Shown here: one piece after another, positions 12,793 to 26,229 of the stretch
Layout: the number at the start of each line of letters is the position of its first letter
How positions within the stretch are numbered: position 1 is the stretch's first letter
Program-made: the position numbers and the translations under genes
From: Camelus ferus
Taxonomy: Eukaryota
Reading direction: 5' to 3'
NCBI RefSeq assembly: GCF_009834535.1
Contig: NC_045707.1
Span: forward strand, 64,358,001 to 64,422,000
Length of the DNA stretch: 64,000 nucleotides
The notes under the pieces: generated by a model
The model's input: the letters and a program-made list of their open reading frames with translations, nothing else
What the model was told of the DNA's origin: nothing
Database searches by the model: none

Positions 12793-14289
12793 TTGAATGA
12801 CTTTTCTTGCTCTCCATAGTGGCTCGCATTAACTGAGGAAGAGTTCTAAAAATGAAGAGTTCAAAAATGGAATGCTATAGTGCAATGCTCTGCAACAATG
12901 AGAAATAATGCCATGGAAGTATGTTCCCACAATAGTATTAGGTAAAGAAACAGCTTCCAAATCCATACTGTAATCCTACTGATGTCAAAATTTTGTTGAG
13001 ATGAACAGTAATTATAAATACACTCATGCAGAGGCTCATATTTCCCCAGGACGGGAGGAGAGGGGAATTAGTTATCCCAAAATGTTAAACGTGTTTATCA
13101 CCAGTTAATGGAATCCATGGCCACACTTTTTTCTTTCTTTATTGTTCAACGGGTATTTTTACTTTCATAATTTAGAATGTTCAACTTCAGGCTGAAGACA
13201 GTTAATTTAGATAAGGTAAATTTCAGAAATACGATGTCTGTTTGCCCACTTCTGTGTGGTAAAGTTGGACTGCTGTCTGTGTTTGTGGCTAATTAAAAAT
13301 AGTTAAATTTAATTTTCTTTCCACATTTGTTATTCAATTTGGTTTTGAAAGGCATACACTTTTCAGTCTTAGTGGTTATCACTTTTGGCACAGACCTATC
13401 CATGTATTTATTATAAATATATATCTATACAAAATATAAAAATATAGTTTAAGTTCTGCAGTCAAGATCTAGGCTAGATTACTTTCTTTTCTAGAATATT
13501 TCTAAGACTAGAGGGTCCAGATGACTCCTTTGCAAGAGGGATGATTTATATTTTTCTCCATTTGTTTTAACAACGAAGTAATATTTTGACACTTATCACA
13601 TGGACTTAAATAAAAAAGATATTTTATTAAAATATAAAGTGAGGGTACTTTTATTCTATCCCAAATAACAAAAATTCAAAATTATTTGCTTACGCTGCTC
13701 TAAGAAACAGTACATTTGTAAGAGCTTTGTTCTCCAGCATTTGGACCATACCTAACCCAAGTATTTCGATGCCATTTGCCAAGCAAGAGACAGAGAACAC
13801 AAAAATGCTTGCTAGCGTATTTTTCTCATTCTTTTCCTGCTTAGATTTCTCATCCATAATACATCAGATTGACTTTTGTTGACACTTTAGTGTAAGGGCA
13901 GTTCACAAAGTTTCTTAGTGTCTAAGTCTGTAAGTTTCTTAGTATGAATAAAACATCAAAATATACACCCACAATTCTAAATTAATAAGATGTTTATTTT
14001 ACACCAAAAACATGAAATAAAGAGCGGAATTCTGAGTGATTATATCCTCTGGCTTTTGGTAGTTGCAATACTGAGTTTTTTTTTATTGGCACAGTTCTGT
14101 TACTGTAATTTGAAATCAGTGCAACTTAAATTAAGAAAAAGCTCTGGTGGAGAATTATTTGTTTAGTCTAATTTGACATTTTTCCCCACTATATTTCTCT
14201 GTACCTGATTAGTATATTTAAAGATATGCTGGAATTTTTTTCTGACGCAGTGTGTTTTTTCAGGTTTATTAAGATATCTGTGGAATCAT

Positions 14290-14670
14290 GAGAACCTTTA
14301 GCTGGTCCCTCCTCCTAGGAAATTCTTTAACCAGGTGTCTGCTTTGATGACTCTTACCAACTTCAAGTCTCTGTTCTCTGCTCACCGTCTCCACGTGGCT
14401 TATCTTAAAGACCCTGTTTAATTCTGCACATTGCGTATACTCACATTTTTCCCGTCCTCACTCCCCTAACTACCCTTGCTTTGATCTACGTTTTCCTTTC
14501 CCCATAGTCAGTTTCCACCACACGATGTAATCTATTTTTATATGTCCTGTTGAATGTGTATCTCTTCCTCCTAGAATGTAAGCATCATGAGGGCAGAAAT
14601 CTTTGTCTTTTTTGTTCAGTAATATAGCCCAAGAACTAAAAACACTTCCTGGATCATCACAGGTCCTCCA
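14290..14670 (+). mobile_element. L2 LINE 3' fragment
   Basis: L2 3' motif ctagaatgtaagcatcatgagggcagaaatctttgtcttttttgttca. Confidence 0.65.
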
Positions 14671-16009
14671 TATATATTTTTAAAATTATTTGAAATCAAA
14701 TGATGTAGCAAGGAAATGTCCACAGACTATTGTACTGTTTTTTGGACTGTATGTGACTTAGCATATCCCACTGTAACTTGACTTCAAAAAAATAATATTT
14801 TCTAGTATAGTCACTGAACAAAGACACTAATGTTGCCCCAGCACATGTGGATTCTGTTGAATGAGTAAAAATAATGGCCACAGACAGATGACTGCTTAGT
14901 GCTTTGAGTATATTAGGGGTCATGTTATAGTCATTTTTAGGAAGGTTTTACCTAAGTCTCCCCTCTTGTTGTAGAGGTGCAGGTGTTTCACCAAAGAATA
15001 TTTTAATCTAAGAGTGTTTCTCAACCCCAAACCATAGACTGATGGATTTTCCTCTTCTCTCCTGGAGACATACAGCTGCAAGAATGAGGGAAAGAAGGGA
15101 ATATAAGATAGAACCATGACCAGGACTTTTAGTTTCCAAGGGCGGGCAGTCAGTGAGAGAGGCACGAAGGCCCATATTTGGGAGATGTTCTTTCACATCA
15201 TCTTATTGTCATGCGAGAAAATAATGTAACAGAAATGGAGGGGGATTAAATGATCTAATGACGCCATAGCTACATTCCCTGGGATAGTCTTAGTGTCTTT
15301 GGGCTTTGGGGTGAATGAGTTGTTCCATAACGTCCTCGTTCAAGAAAAACCAAAAGAACGATCAAGGAATGAAGCAAATGCATTTGACTGGCCCGAAGAA
15401 GCTGGTCTAAGCCATAATCGAGGGCTCTCACATCCGTGCTCTGCTCGGGATGATGGATGGTGTAAGTGCAGCCTGATCAGTGTCTTGGGACCAACGGAGA
15501 GCTAATGCAGAAGAGTCAGCGGTCTGTAAATCTATTACCGACATCTTGGATGAATCTGACCTTTTCAGTGCCAGGGTAGATGACAGAACAATACACTGGT
15601 ACCAAGGGCTAGCTCCAAGCAAGGTTTGTACTTCGTTTCCAGTCAGATTTTAATGATGAAGCAATAAGCAGAATCTATAGGTACCCATAGCCTTTCTATC
15701 TTTGATTTTATTTTATCTTTCTATCTTTGTATTTTAGTAGGACAGCATATTTCACATAGGTACGGAAGAATGTATGTCTTACTTTGGGTACCTAATTTTT
15801 TTCTCAGAAAACATATCGCTGTCTTTGTGTGTTTGTGTTTGTGTGTGTGTGTATATCAAACAGTTCAAACAGATAAATCTTAACAAACCTAGAACTGGGC
15901 TACTTTGTACAATTTAATTGTCATTAACCATCTTGATTGAAGTCTGTTTCTTGAGTTAGAAACATTACCTTTTCCATTTAAACCTCGAAGTTTAAGTCCG
16001 TCCATTCAT

Positions 16010-16210
16010 CAGGGAGGCGGTACAGCCACGTTGATAACAGCGTGGTGCTCTGGGTCACCAATTCTGAGTTCTAATTCCAGCTTCACTACTTACTAGCTGG
16101 ATGACCATGGGCTGGTTACTAGCCTCACTGAGTTTCAGTTCTTTCCTCTATCACAAAAGGAGGATAACACCTCCTGGGCTCTTGTGAGAGCACAATTTGA
16201 ATAATTTGTG
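16010..16210 (+). mobile_element. MIR SINE
   Basis: tgagttctaattccagcttcactacttactagctggatgaccatgggc...ctcactgagtttcagtt. Confidence 0.7.
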
Positions 16211-17054
16211 TTTTGTAAATTTGAGTGCTTTCTTCCTGGCGCCCTTCACTGTTTTCCTCACTGTACGCTCGGACAGAAGGGTAGATTGTTCTGCTTTTTT
16301 GTGGTTGGGAAAATACTTTTAAAAAATTAATGGTGAATCCACTCATCTGAACATATCTGCCCAGAAATTTCCAACTCATTCCTTTTGATTCTGAGCCATT
16401 CCATTCTGAACACGGCTTCATTCACATCAGTTCTTTAGCTTGTAGAAGTAAATTATTACTCTTCTTTCCCCCTCTTATACATAGATACCGCTCAGGCAAA
16501 AGGAGAGAGACTTTGTGATGGCTGAAGTGGCTCTATTGAAGGATGGGGCAGGGTACAAGCACGTTACAGATCTCAGTAAGGTGTTGGTCACTGTCACCTA
16601 CAGTTCCTGTACATGTTCAGAAGTTCCTTGTATTCATTTCACTATTTCATGTCTCTTGCATGGGCTCACACAGTCCCACGGCCTCTCTCTTCATGCAGAG
16701 CAGTTAGAACCTACTCATCCAGCCGGCCTGAGCTCACTTACTGTTCTCCACTCATAATTTCTTGCTTGCTACACACCCTAACTTCCACCGCCACCCTCCA
16801 AAGAAGAATCTCCTCTGTTCTGCTCTGCTTTACCTTCAGCTTGCTTTAATAGGATCTAAGCATGATTCTACTTGCTGTTGGTCTTGTTTACTAGGTGCTA
16901 GACCCTAGCGTCCACTGCCTCATCCTATGGGGGACAGCCTCCTATGGCTGTTTCTCACCACAGAGCTTTACTGCCAGGTCTAGGGTCCATGTATCCTGCT
17001 CTGATCTAATTCTCATGAGCCACCTACAACTGACAGGATTTGTGTTTATTATAT

Positions 17055-17320
17055 GTGAAGTAGTATATCATGGTGGTTTGATGTCAAGTTATCTGACTGT
17101 GCGTCCTGACTCTACCAGTTTACCTTTTGGTTGGTTACCTACTACTTGGCTTTGGGCAAGTTACTTCTCTGTGCTTCAATTGTCTCATCTCTAAACTGAG
17201 ATAATGGTAATGCCTCCTTGTAGGGCTGTTATAAAGTTTAAATGGGACATCCGTATGCTTAGAACAGAGTCTGACACAGAGGAAGCACTAATCAATGGTA
17301 GCTCTCATATTTTAATAATA
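17055..17320 (+). mobile_element. MIR SINE
   Basis: ttgggcaagttacttctctgtgcttcaattgtctcatctctaaactgagataat...gcttagaacagagtctgacacagaggaagcact. Confidence 0.75.
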
Positions 17321-17397
17321 ATAATCATCTAAATAATTTGAATAGGAAACTCGAACAGTCAGTAGATCCAATTGCTTTATTTAAAGTGTCCTAGGAA

Positions 17398-18047
17398 ATA
17401 AATTTACCATATGATCCAGCAATCCCATTCCTGGGCATATATCCAGAGGGAACTTAATTAGAAAAGATACATGCCCCCTAGTGCTCATAGCAGCACTGTA
17501 TATAATAGCCAAGACATGGAAACAACCTAAATGTCCATCAACAGATGACTGGATAAGCAGCTGTAGTATATTTATACAATGGAATACTACTCAGCCAAAA
17601 AAAATACAATAATGCCATTTGTAGCAACATGGATGGATCTGGAGATCATCATTCTAAGTGAAGTAAGCCAGAAAGAGAAAGAAAAATACAGTATATCACT
17701 CATATGTGAAATCTTAAAAAAAATAAAATTTTAAAAGAAAAAAGAGGACACAAATGAACTTATTTACAAAACAGACTCACAGACATAGAAAACGAACTAA
17801 TGGTTACTGGGGGGAAGGGGGTGGGAAGGGATAAATTGGGAGTTCAAGATTGGCAGATATTAACTACTGTATATTAAATAAACAAGTTTCTGCTGAATAG
17901 CACAGGGAACTATATTCAATATCTTATAATAACCTATAATGAAAAAGAATATGAAAACAAATATATGCATGTATATGCAGGACTGAAACATTATGCTGTA
18001 CACCAGAAATCGACACATTCTAAACTGATTATACTTCAATTAAAAAA
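17398..18047 (+). mobile_element. Young L1 3' end
   Basis: L1 ORF2 end and 3'UTR (ccatatgatccagcaatcccattcctgggcatatatcc...) plus poly(A). TSD aaagtgtcct(a/g)gg at ~17383 and ~18048. Confidence 0.88.
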
Positions 18048-20459
18048 AAAGTGTCCTGGGGAACGATGGCCAACATGAATGGTTTTCATCCACTTACAGA
18101 TAAATCAATGTGGAGGCTCATGTTGGTTATATTTGGTTTGGGGACAGGCTGTGAAAGGCTGTATAAATTTTTCCTGACTCTCACCTCAGGGGAAACAGAG
18201 ATTATGCACATGCTGGGGAAAAAAAAGTCCACATGATGCTGGTTTTCTGTTTCTCTTTCAAAATGTAAATGATTCCCCTTAGGACACAGCTCTGTAGACC
18301 GGTACTCAGCTGCGTGGCTCTCTCATGTAAATTTCCCTGCTGCTTTACATTGGAAATATCTTTTTAAAACCTTGGCGTAGTTTGTTAACCGAGGTTCTTC
18401 TTTAAAGCACCAAATTGCCTTCACTTGTGTCGGATCACAGAGTCAAGCGGAAGCAGCATCTCTAGGCTCGCAAACAATATTTTTCAAAGAATTAAGGGCT
18501 TGATTTTTTTCACTAATTGGCTAGTTCACTCACTGTCCTTTGACTTCATGTGTCATGGGATCAAATCTATTGAAGGTGTATTAGGTCAACTCACCAAGGG
18601 ATATGATTTTTTTTTTTTGCTCCTTTATCTTTTTCAGGTATATTAATAATGAATGTCCAGTCACCAAAATTACATCTCGCTTGAGGTTATTTTTACCATG
18701 TTGAACTATTCTGGTAGTATATCTAGTCTTATTAGAAATTGGAAATTTTGCTGATACGGGGATTTTCATGCTCAGTTTAATAATTCAGCTCCCTGCACCC
18801 CTGGGCAAAATAAATAGCTAGCCGACTGCTTATTGGCAAAGTCACAGCCAATTATTACATTATTTGAAGCTTTAAATGTGCCCCCAAGTAAATGAAATTA
18901 TCTGTGGGAAAACAAAGGGTTCAGGGCATTAAGGCAGCATTGTTTCATTACCATATGTGCATTTTCTTCTTGGAGACCTGCAGCAATTCCCTGATGTTAG
19001 ATGAGAAGGGTTACTCCTCTAAGTTTTAAACACTGGTAAATAAGTTAGCTCAAATATCTATTTAGTAAGAATTCCAAAGAGTCGGGGTAATAGTATTGAA
19101 TTCTATCAACTAATTACTTTTAATTTATTCAAGGTTTTGAGCACCGATTTTGCGTGAGGCACTGCTCTAGTCAGTTGGTATCCATCAGTCAATAAAGTTG
19201 TTAAAGATACTTGCCATTATAGAGGTTGGATCCCATTATGGGAAAGGGGTAGGGGTAGGGAAACCGACAATAAATGATAAATGTACTAAGTAATTCTTTG
19301 GGTATGTTAGAAACTGATCAATGTTGTGGGGGAAAGGAGACTGGGGAAAAGATGAATTTGGAGTAGAAAAAGAGGTCGCAGCTTAGAGAGTTTTGGGGTG
19401 AAATGGTTGTGCCACAGAAATGGTGCGTGACACACTTATGTGGGGAGGTGGAGAAGCCAGGAGAGCCAAGTTGCAGAAATCTCTATTTTCAGCATAGAAG
19501 TCCTGTCAGAGTCTTAAAAATGCATTTCATTCTCCCCCTTCTCTCTCCTGTTGGAGTGCAGTTCCTAGCCTTGTCTCTCAGTGCTAGAGATAAAATAAAT
19601 TATAAAGGAAATGACATTACCTGGGCTCTCAGATCCTATGAGAGCCTGCCTAATTTTGGCTCTTGTAGGTAGCATATTTCCCATTAGTTGTCCCAATACA
19701 CAGTGGATGGATGAGGAAGGCATTGAATGAGATACGCGGTTCAATTCAACAAGCACTTACCAGTACCTCTTATTTGCCTAGAACGACTTTTATTCAATTT
19801 AAGTGATACAGAGATGCAGGAGTCCTTACAGAGCCTTCAGCTGTGTCGTAAGATGAGCCACAGACAAATGAATATCTGAAAGAAAAGTATGAGGCCATGC
19901 CAAGCAGACGTGTATACAGTCATGTGTGGAAGAGAATGTCAATGTCATCTAGAGTTAGCCCAGGGCTTTCTGGACAAGTGAGACCAAGGTTAGATCCTTG
20001 TAAGCTTGAGAGTGGTGGTGAAGCAAGTTTGAGTAATTGGGGAAGGGGTGACCGCATCCCATGAAGACACAGAGGCAGAAAGGGTAGAGCTTCTGGGATG
20101 GTTAAGGGAGAGAAGTCTGGCCAAGGACTTCATGACCAGGAGTCATTGGCCACTGGACTAACAGAAGGATCTCCACACTCCAATGTCTTAGATGCAGGGG
20201 AACAGCACCTATATTAGACTGTTGTCCCTCCCTAAAGATGCAGAGCTGAACAGGAAGAGCTGGTTACAGAAGTAATTCTATTACCTTTCACCTTAGAAAG
20301 TAAAATGGAGACTGGAGATAATTATCTCCAGAAAACAAAACGGTGCCTTCTTTTTTTCCCGATTACATGGATATATTCTAGTAATCTACGAGTATGGCCT
20401 GAATTCTTTCTGTCACTGCGGTCACAGACTTTGAACTTGAGTCAGGAGAAAGTTTAAAA

Positions 20460-21500
20460 ACGGGGACTGCGCTGCTGAGAGGGGAAAAGAGAAAGAAAAG
20501 GGGGAAGTGTTAGAAGGCACCCCGAGGATGCGCGTTTACCGCTTACACCCAGCAGGCTGCCCTCCCCCTGAACGCTTTGCCTGGCAACCCAGGATGCTCA
20601 GCGGAAGACACCTGTGCTCTCTTCTCGTGGGCAGCCTGGAGAAGCTGGGCGATCTGCAGGCCAGGAAAGGTCAGCTCCCAGCGGGGAGCTCTGTCCACGT
20701 GTCAACCAAGATTTGGGGAAGAGCAGGGCGCGTTTGGAGGTTGACACTTTGTCAGGCTCTCTCCCTCCTCTGGTTCCTCAGGTCAGGCCCTCATCTAGTC
20801 CCACCCCATTCCCAGGTTTTTGGCGGATGCTGTATCCCTGATAACCGCCTCCAAGAAGCTCCCCCCCCCCCCCCCCGCGGAGAAGCCTGCTCCCCCCGCA
20901 GCCGCCGCTAAGACCCGGAGAAGTGGAATTTCACTTTGAAACTCCCGTGCGGCGCGAGGGCCAGCGCCGGGCATGCTCAGTAGCCGCGGCGCGTCGGGGC
21001 TGCTGTTCGCGCTGCGCTGGCCCCGGGCTCCAGGGCTGGCGCGGGAGTTCCCGCGCCGCCTTCCGCGCCGCGGCTGCGGAGCTTCCAGAAGGCCGAGCAG
21101 CGGCCGCTCCGAGCGCCTCGGCCCCCGCCCCGCGCCGCCGCCGCCGCCTCCTCTGCCTCTCCTCCTCCCCTGCGGAGGCGAAGCCGGTGCTTCCTCCTGT
21201 CGGCGCCGCAGACCGCCCTGCCCGCCCCAGCCGGGGACCTGGGCATGAAGCCCGGAGACCCGGGGGCACTTGGCGGGGGCTCCTTCCAGTAACACTTGGC
21301 CTGAAGGGGCGTCGTGGCGGAGTTGCTCCTCCGCCTCTCGATGCAAACACTATGCGGAGAGCGGTCGGCTTCCCTGCGCTGTGCCTGCTTCTGCTTAGTC
21401 TTCACGCTGCAGGTAAGAGGTGGCCGGGCGCAGAGCCGGAGCTGTGGGTGAGATGGGCGCCTGCACATGCCTGGGGACTCTCGGAAAAGCTTGCCTCGCA
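20460..21500 (+). promoter_or_regulatory. PTPRR: CpG island: PTPRR promoter / 5' UTR
   Basis: Abrupt rise in GC and CpG density against an AT-rich background. Contains GC-box-like motifs (CCCCGCCCC), E-box CACGTG at 20696, a C16 run at 20861-20876 and a (GCC)n tract near 21133. It spans the start codon. The TSS cannot be placed from sequence alone. Confidence 0.9.
21352..21412 (+). CDS. PTPRR: PTPRR coding exon 1 (signal peptide, MRRAVGFPALCLLLLSLHAA-G)
   Basis: ATG at 21352 has A at -3. The translation closely matches the recalled human PTPRR N-terminus MRRAVCFPALCLLLNLHAAG. The exon ends at a canonical donor CAG|GTAAGA (GT at 21413), phase 1, and lies inside a CpG island. Confidence 0.97.
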
Positions 21501-24500
21501 AGGAAAGCCTTAAAAAGGCAAAGCAGGACAGGAGTGACCGGGAAGGGGTGAGGGAGTCATGCACCTGTTGGAAGACTGAGGTAGAAAACTTAAGCTAAAA
21601 TCAGCTCCTGATTTTTCCTTACCTTGCATGATTAACAGTGAACATTTTCCATACGGATACAGGTTTGCTTCCCCCACCCCTCTCCTCCATCTAGACTCCC
21701 AGAGCCTGTTTCTGGGCTCTGCACTTGACTGCCAAATTTTCCGGAGACAGACAAGACATCCTGCTGGATGTAACCTTTTCTACTGCAGCGGCTACATCCA
21801 CAAGGTCTCTTGGTTTAGCGAGAGCTCACAGGGATGCATTGGCTGTAACCTGATGGACCACATTTCCGCCCAAAAGATCCCAATACACGATTCGTATTAA
21901 TGATGCCGCTCCGGGCTCCTTTGGCCCCTGCTCTTGTCAGTCGAATTTTCTAAACCAATAAGAGGAACGAAAGATTTTTAAATAGGACCCTCTCTTCTCT
22001 TTCAGCATCACGGTCGGGTTCCCGGGGCACTAGACAAAAACCCAATCACAGTTTTAAAGCTGAATACACTGGGGAAGGCACTGTCCCTGGGACAGATTTG
22101 ATGAGGTCCAGCCAAGAGTGACAGTGAGACGGACTCCCAGATATAAATATTTTTGATAGCAGAACCAGTACCAGGTTTCATATGGAAGCAAACCTTAGGA
22201 AGTACCTGGGGAATTTCATATGCGATGTCACTTACAGACCCTGCTTTTTGGCTACATGCAGCCTCCATGTAATGCAAGGACTTGCTGGACTGAATCCTTT
22301 ATCATTTTTATACACACATGAACCAAAATAGAATATGGCAGAGAGATTTTAGAAACCCTACTGCGACAGCAGTTGTCCATGCAGTAGTCCTGTCGCTGTC
22401 AAAGACTATGTGTTCTCCCTGAGTCTGCCTGACACCCAGCAGCACATATTCATTCATTCCTTCAACCAACATTTGTGGAGTATGTACTGTGTCCCAGGGA
22501 TAGCGAATAAAAATAATGGGTGCAAAATTACAATTTTTGTGCTATCTCTTGAAAAGAGTGGGTGGATCCTTTTCTATGTGGGCAATAATGAGAATGAAAT
22601 ATGGTACTTTCTTATTTCTAGCTAATGCTATTTTAATGTATTGTAAATTTCTTGAACAAGTAATGTATAGGAACATTTAGGCTATAATTAAGTATACATA
22701 TTAATTGTTATAATTATGTTATATTGTGGAATTTTCAATAATTCTTTGGCACCTCTTGAAAAATAGCAAATAGCTATGACTTGGTCATTAAATTATTTGC
22801 AAACAGTTACTGTGAATTCTTTTATTATCACATACAATTCTTTAATGTTGAAATATGAGATTAAAACATACGTATTGAGTTTTATTTACATTATTGTTTA
22901 ATTATAGCTCTGATACAAACATTCATCCCCCCCCACCAAAAAAAACCACCTCAATTCCTATGAAGTTTAGGAATGATTTAGCTGATCTATCAAAAATATT
23001 AGTGTAGTTAATTTTTTAAATGAATATATAACATTTCTAAAGATAACTTTATTAATATGTCTTGAGTAATTATAGCTTTAAAGTGTAAATAAAAATTAAG
23101 CAGGTGGAAAACATTTCTAATTTTATTGTAGATGAAGATTTGGGATGAGGAAAATAGAAGACTGTTGTTCGTCAAAGGAAAAACCTAGAAGTCTGTAGCT
23201 CTAGATTATACCTGGAGCTCTGCCAAAGAGTGTATTACCAAAGACAAACCAATCCATCTCTAATTTGACTTCTTAATTTGCAAAAAAAAAAAAAAAAATA
23301 GCCAATTTGAATTTAGTAAGGCAATGCACTGAAGGCTATCTTCAGATTTCAATTGGAAGATGCTGTGTAGAAATTAATCATATTCATATTTAATATAATG
23401 CTTCTGATAGGTGTTTTTCACAGTAGATTACAAGTTTAATATTGTGGTTGTCTTTCCAGTTTCATTTTGAATACATTTTAATTTAAACAGCAATTTGTGG
23501 GTCACAAGCTGTCATCAGATTAAAGTTCATCAGTTGTCTAAATAACATTGTTAGGACTTTTCATTAGAACTGAAACAAACCAAATTTCTTGATCTAAGTT
23601 CCTGCAAGCTTGGGTAATAAGAAAGTGGGTGAGTGGGAACAAAGATCGAGAAGTCACTGATTGTCTCTACTTGTTGAATGTCTGAGTTTGCCTCTCTTAC
23701 AGAAGACTCTCCTCTCAGGATAGAAGCTGGCTTTATAAAGAAGGGAAATGAATTCTATATATTCAGGCCTCTTTGGCTGAAAAGCTAATTGATCCAATTG
23801 ATTATACCCAGGGTAACAGCGGCTACTTTATGCTGGCAGAACTGATGACAATGTTCGAACCCTTTAGGGATGGGAGAAATTGACTTCCAGGATGTGAACG
23901 CTCTTCTTAGCTGTACTAGGAACTGTCGGCTTCAATGTAGTCATTCTCCTAATGATAAGGTAGCAAGCTGTTTACAACTTGAGTGTCATCGCCAGTCATT
24001 TGGTCATGATTGCTTGAGTCACTATGCAAAAGAAATTAAAAAAAAAAAATTCTGACCACCTCTGAGTTCTGACTGACTCAAGAGGACAGAGTTCTGTGGT
24101 CTGTTTGTAATGCCTATGGGAAAAAGGGGGAAGGGGGTACAATGCTATGTAATTAACATCTCTGACTAACAAATTACTGAGCAGGGAGTAATTGTTAGAG
24201 AACCTGGACCCAGCTCTATCCATGGCAGCTGATTTTCATAGATGTCCTTAACAAGAGAAGTTACAGTGATTGTCCATCTGGCTGCTTACTATACAGGCGA
24301 AAGAACTATGTTCCAGTGAATGGTAGATAGTAAAGTATTTACTTTAAATAGTAAAGTGCCAGTTAACAGCACAGTCAGGATGAAAACCCAGGTTTCCAGG
24401 TCTGTGATTGCACATTGTATAAAACCCTGCGCTGATTCTGATAGGTGCGGCCACCATTGTGATAGTGGTACCAGATTCGTTTTACTTAACTCTCCTCACT

Positions 24501-25129
24501 CGTTACTTCTCTGTGAACCTTCATAATATATAAACTTCAGTTGAAAAGATCACTTCAGAAAGACAACTAAAAGGTAACCCAATAATATGAATGGTTAAAA
24601 AAAAATTATGTGAAACAACCACAGAGAGCTTAACTTTCTTCAGTGTTTCTTGTCTTCCTTTGCCCAAAGAACTACGTTCTGTTTCAGGAGATGATATTTA
24701 CTGGGTAGTATTTTAGTTGCAGAGGAGTGAAGGTTTTAGCTTATCTTAAAAATTCTCGTGTGAAAGCTGTCTTTTTCCTAGTGAATGTATTACTAAGAAA
24801 CACAGAAGCTGATTTCAGTGCCTTATTCTCTCCTCCAGCTCTGGAAAAGTTTATTTCAGATTTCCACGTTGTTCTTACCGTTGGTCTTTCTGGATGCCAC
24901 AAGTGGTGCATCTTCTGAAGATGCCTCTTCATTCTCAGAGAAGTGTGTGGTCATTTTCTCTAGTGTTCGAGAAGGAAGGGTTCCTATGATGGGACCGAGA
25001 GGATCAGAGAAGTCATTTGCAGAAACACCACCCTCTAAAGAAAGGGTAGACAGATAGGAAGATGATATGTTTTAAGATGTCTTTTTTCAATGAAGAGCCC
25101 CTTAGAACTCCAGAATCAGTTTTTTCTGT

Positions 25130-25700
25130 TCAAAATCACTCCATGTAGTCCTCACAAATGCCAAGGTTCTCCTGTCTTCTCTCCCCCATGGCGTCTCTGA
25201 TACCATCTCTCACCACTTTCCTCTATTTGTCTCTCTCCAGCCATCGTAGTCTCCTTCCTGTTCCAAAAAGATATCAGGCATTTGCTCACCAAAAAATGTT
25301 TTGTTTTGTTTAGTTTTTGCCTGAAATACCCTTTCTCCATAGCTCCATGGCTTAATCCCTCAATTTTAGGTTTTTGCTCAAATGTTAACCCTCTTAGTGA
25401 AGCCCTCGCTGACTCTCCTAGTTAATATTTCATCTTTCTCCCCCCAAAAGCTTCAGTACCCCTTTCCTGCTTTACTTTTTTACCAGAGGTCTTTCACTGT
25501 CTGTCATACCAATATCTTACTTATTTGTTGTGTTAATGTGGTTCCCCCTCTCCCATTAAAATGTGAGTCCCTTGAAGGCACAGACATTTGTCTGTTTTGT
25601 TTACTGCTTTATCTGTTGCAGATCCTCACCAGCCTAGCACCAGGGGATGGTGCCTGCCATAAAAGCTACTAGAGATGAAATAAATACATTAAGTAAATGA
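25130..25700 (+). mobile_element. L2 LINE fragment
   Basis: L2 3' region, e.g. aatgtgagtcccttgaaggcacagacatttgtctgttttgtttactgct. Confidence 0.6.
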
Positions 25701-26229
25701 AAACAACACAGCAATAGTTCTGGTCTCCTCTTTTCGCATTTAATTTCTTGGCACCCAGGCAAGACACCTAGTCAACTTAGGCACTTCCAGAATGAACTTC
25801 CACAGAGCTCATTTATTCAAAACTCAGGTTGCTCTCCAGGAGCCCTGCAAACCCGGGGACTTAAAATCTAAAACAGGCTTTGCCACCACTGGGAACTGAA
25901 GGGTGACTAGGGATGGCCTTGAACTACCAATCAGCTCGGTGGCAGAGTCCTTCCAACTGATTGCCAGATGCTGTACAGCCCAGATGCCTTGCTGGTGGGC
26001 TATGTTTTCACTTCTTAGTAAAATGCCTTGTGCACATGGGAATGGCCATAGTAATAGGAAAGGATTGACACAGCTGATTTACAAGCAGGATTTAAGGCAC
26101 AGGACAAACCTGTCTTCTTCTTTGGCATTTGAGAGGTGTAAGTGTATGTATATTTGAGATCACACATGCCTAGCACCGTGGAGATTGCATATTCTACTGG
26201 AGATCACACCCTGACTAGCACCTTGTAAA

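Noticed and set aside
20699..20747. 9-bp inverted repeat gtgtcaacc...ggttgacac in the promoter
   Set aside because: The stem is too short with a 31-nt loop, which is compatible with chance.
20507..21564. Several 130-196 aa ORFs on both strands
   Set aside because: These are expected in a GC-rich CpG island with few stop codons. They are low-complexity Arg/Ala/Gly/Pro peptides, and only 21352-21412 matches a known protein.
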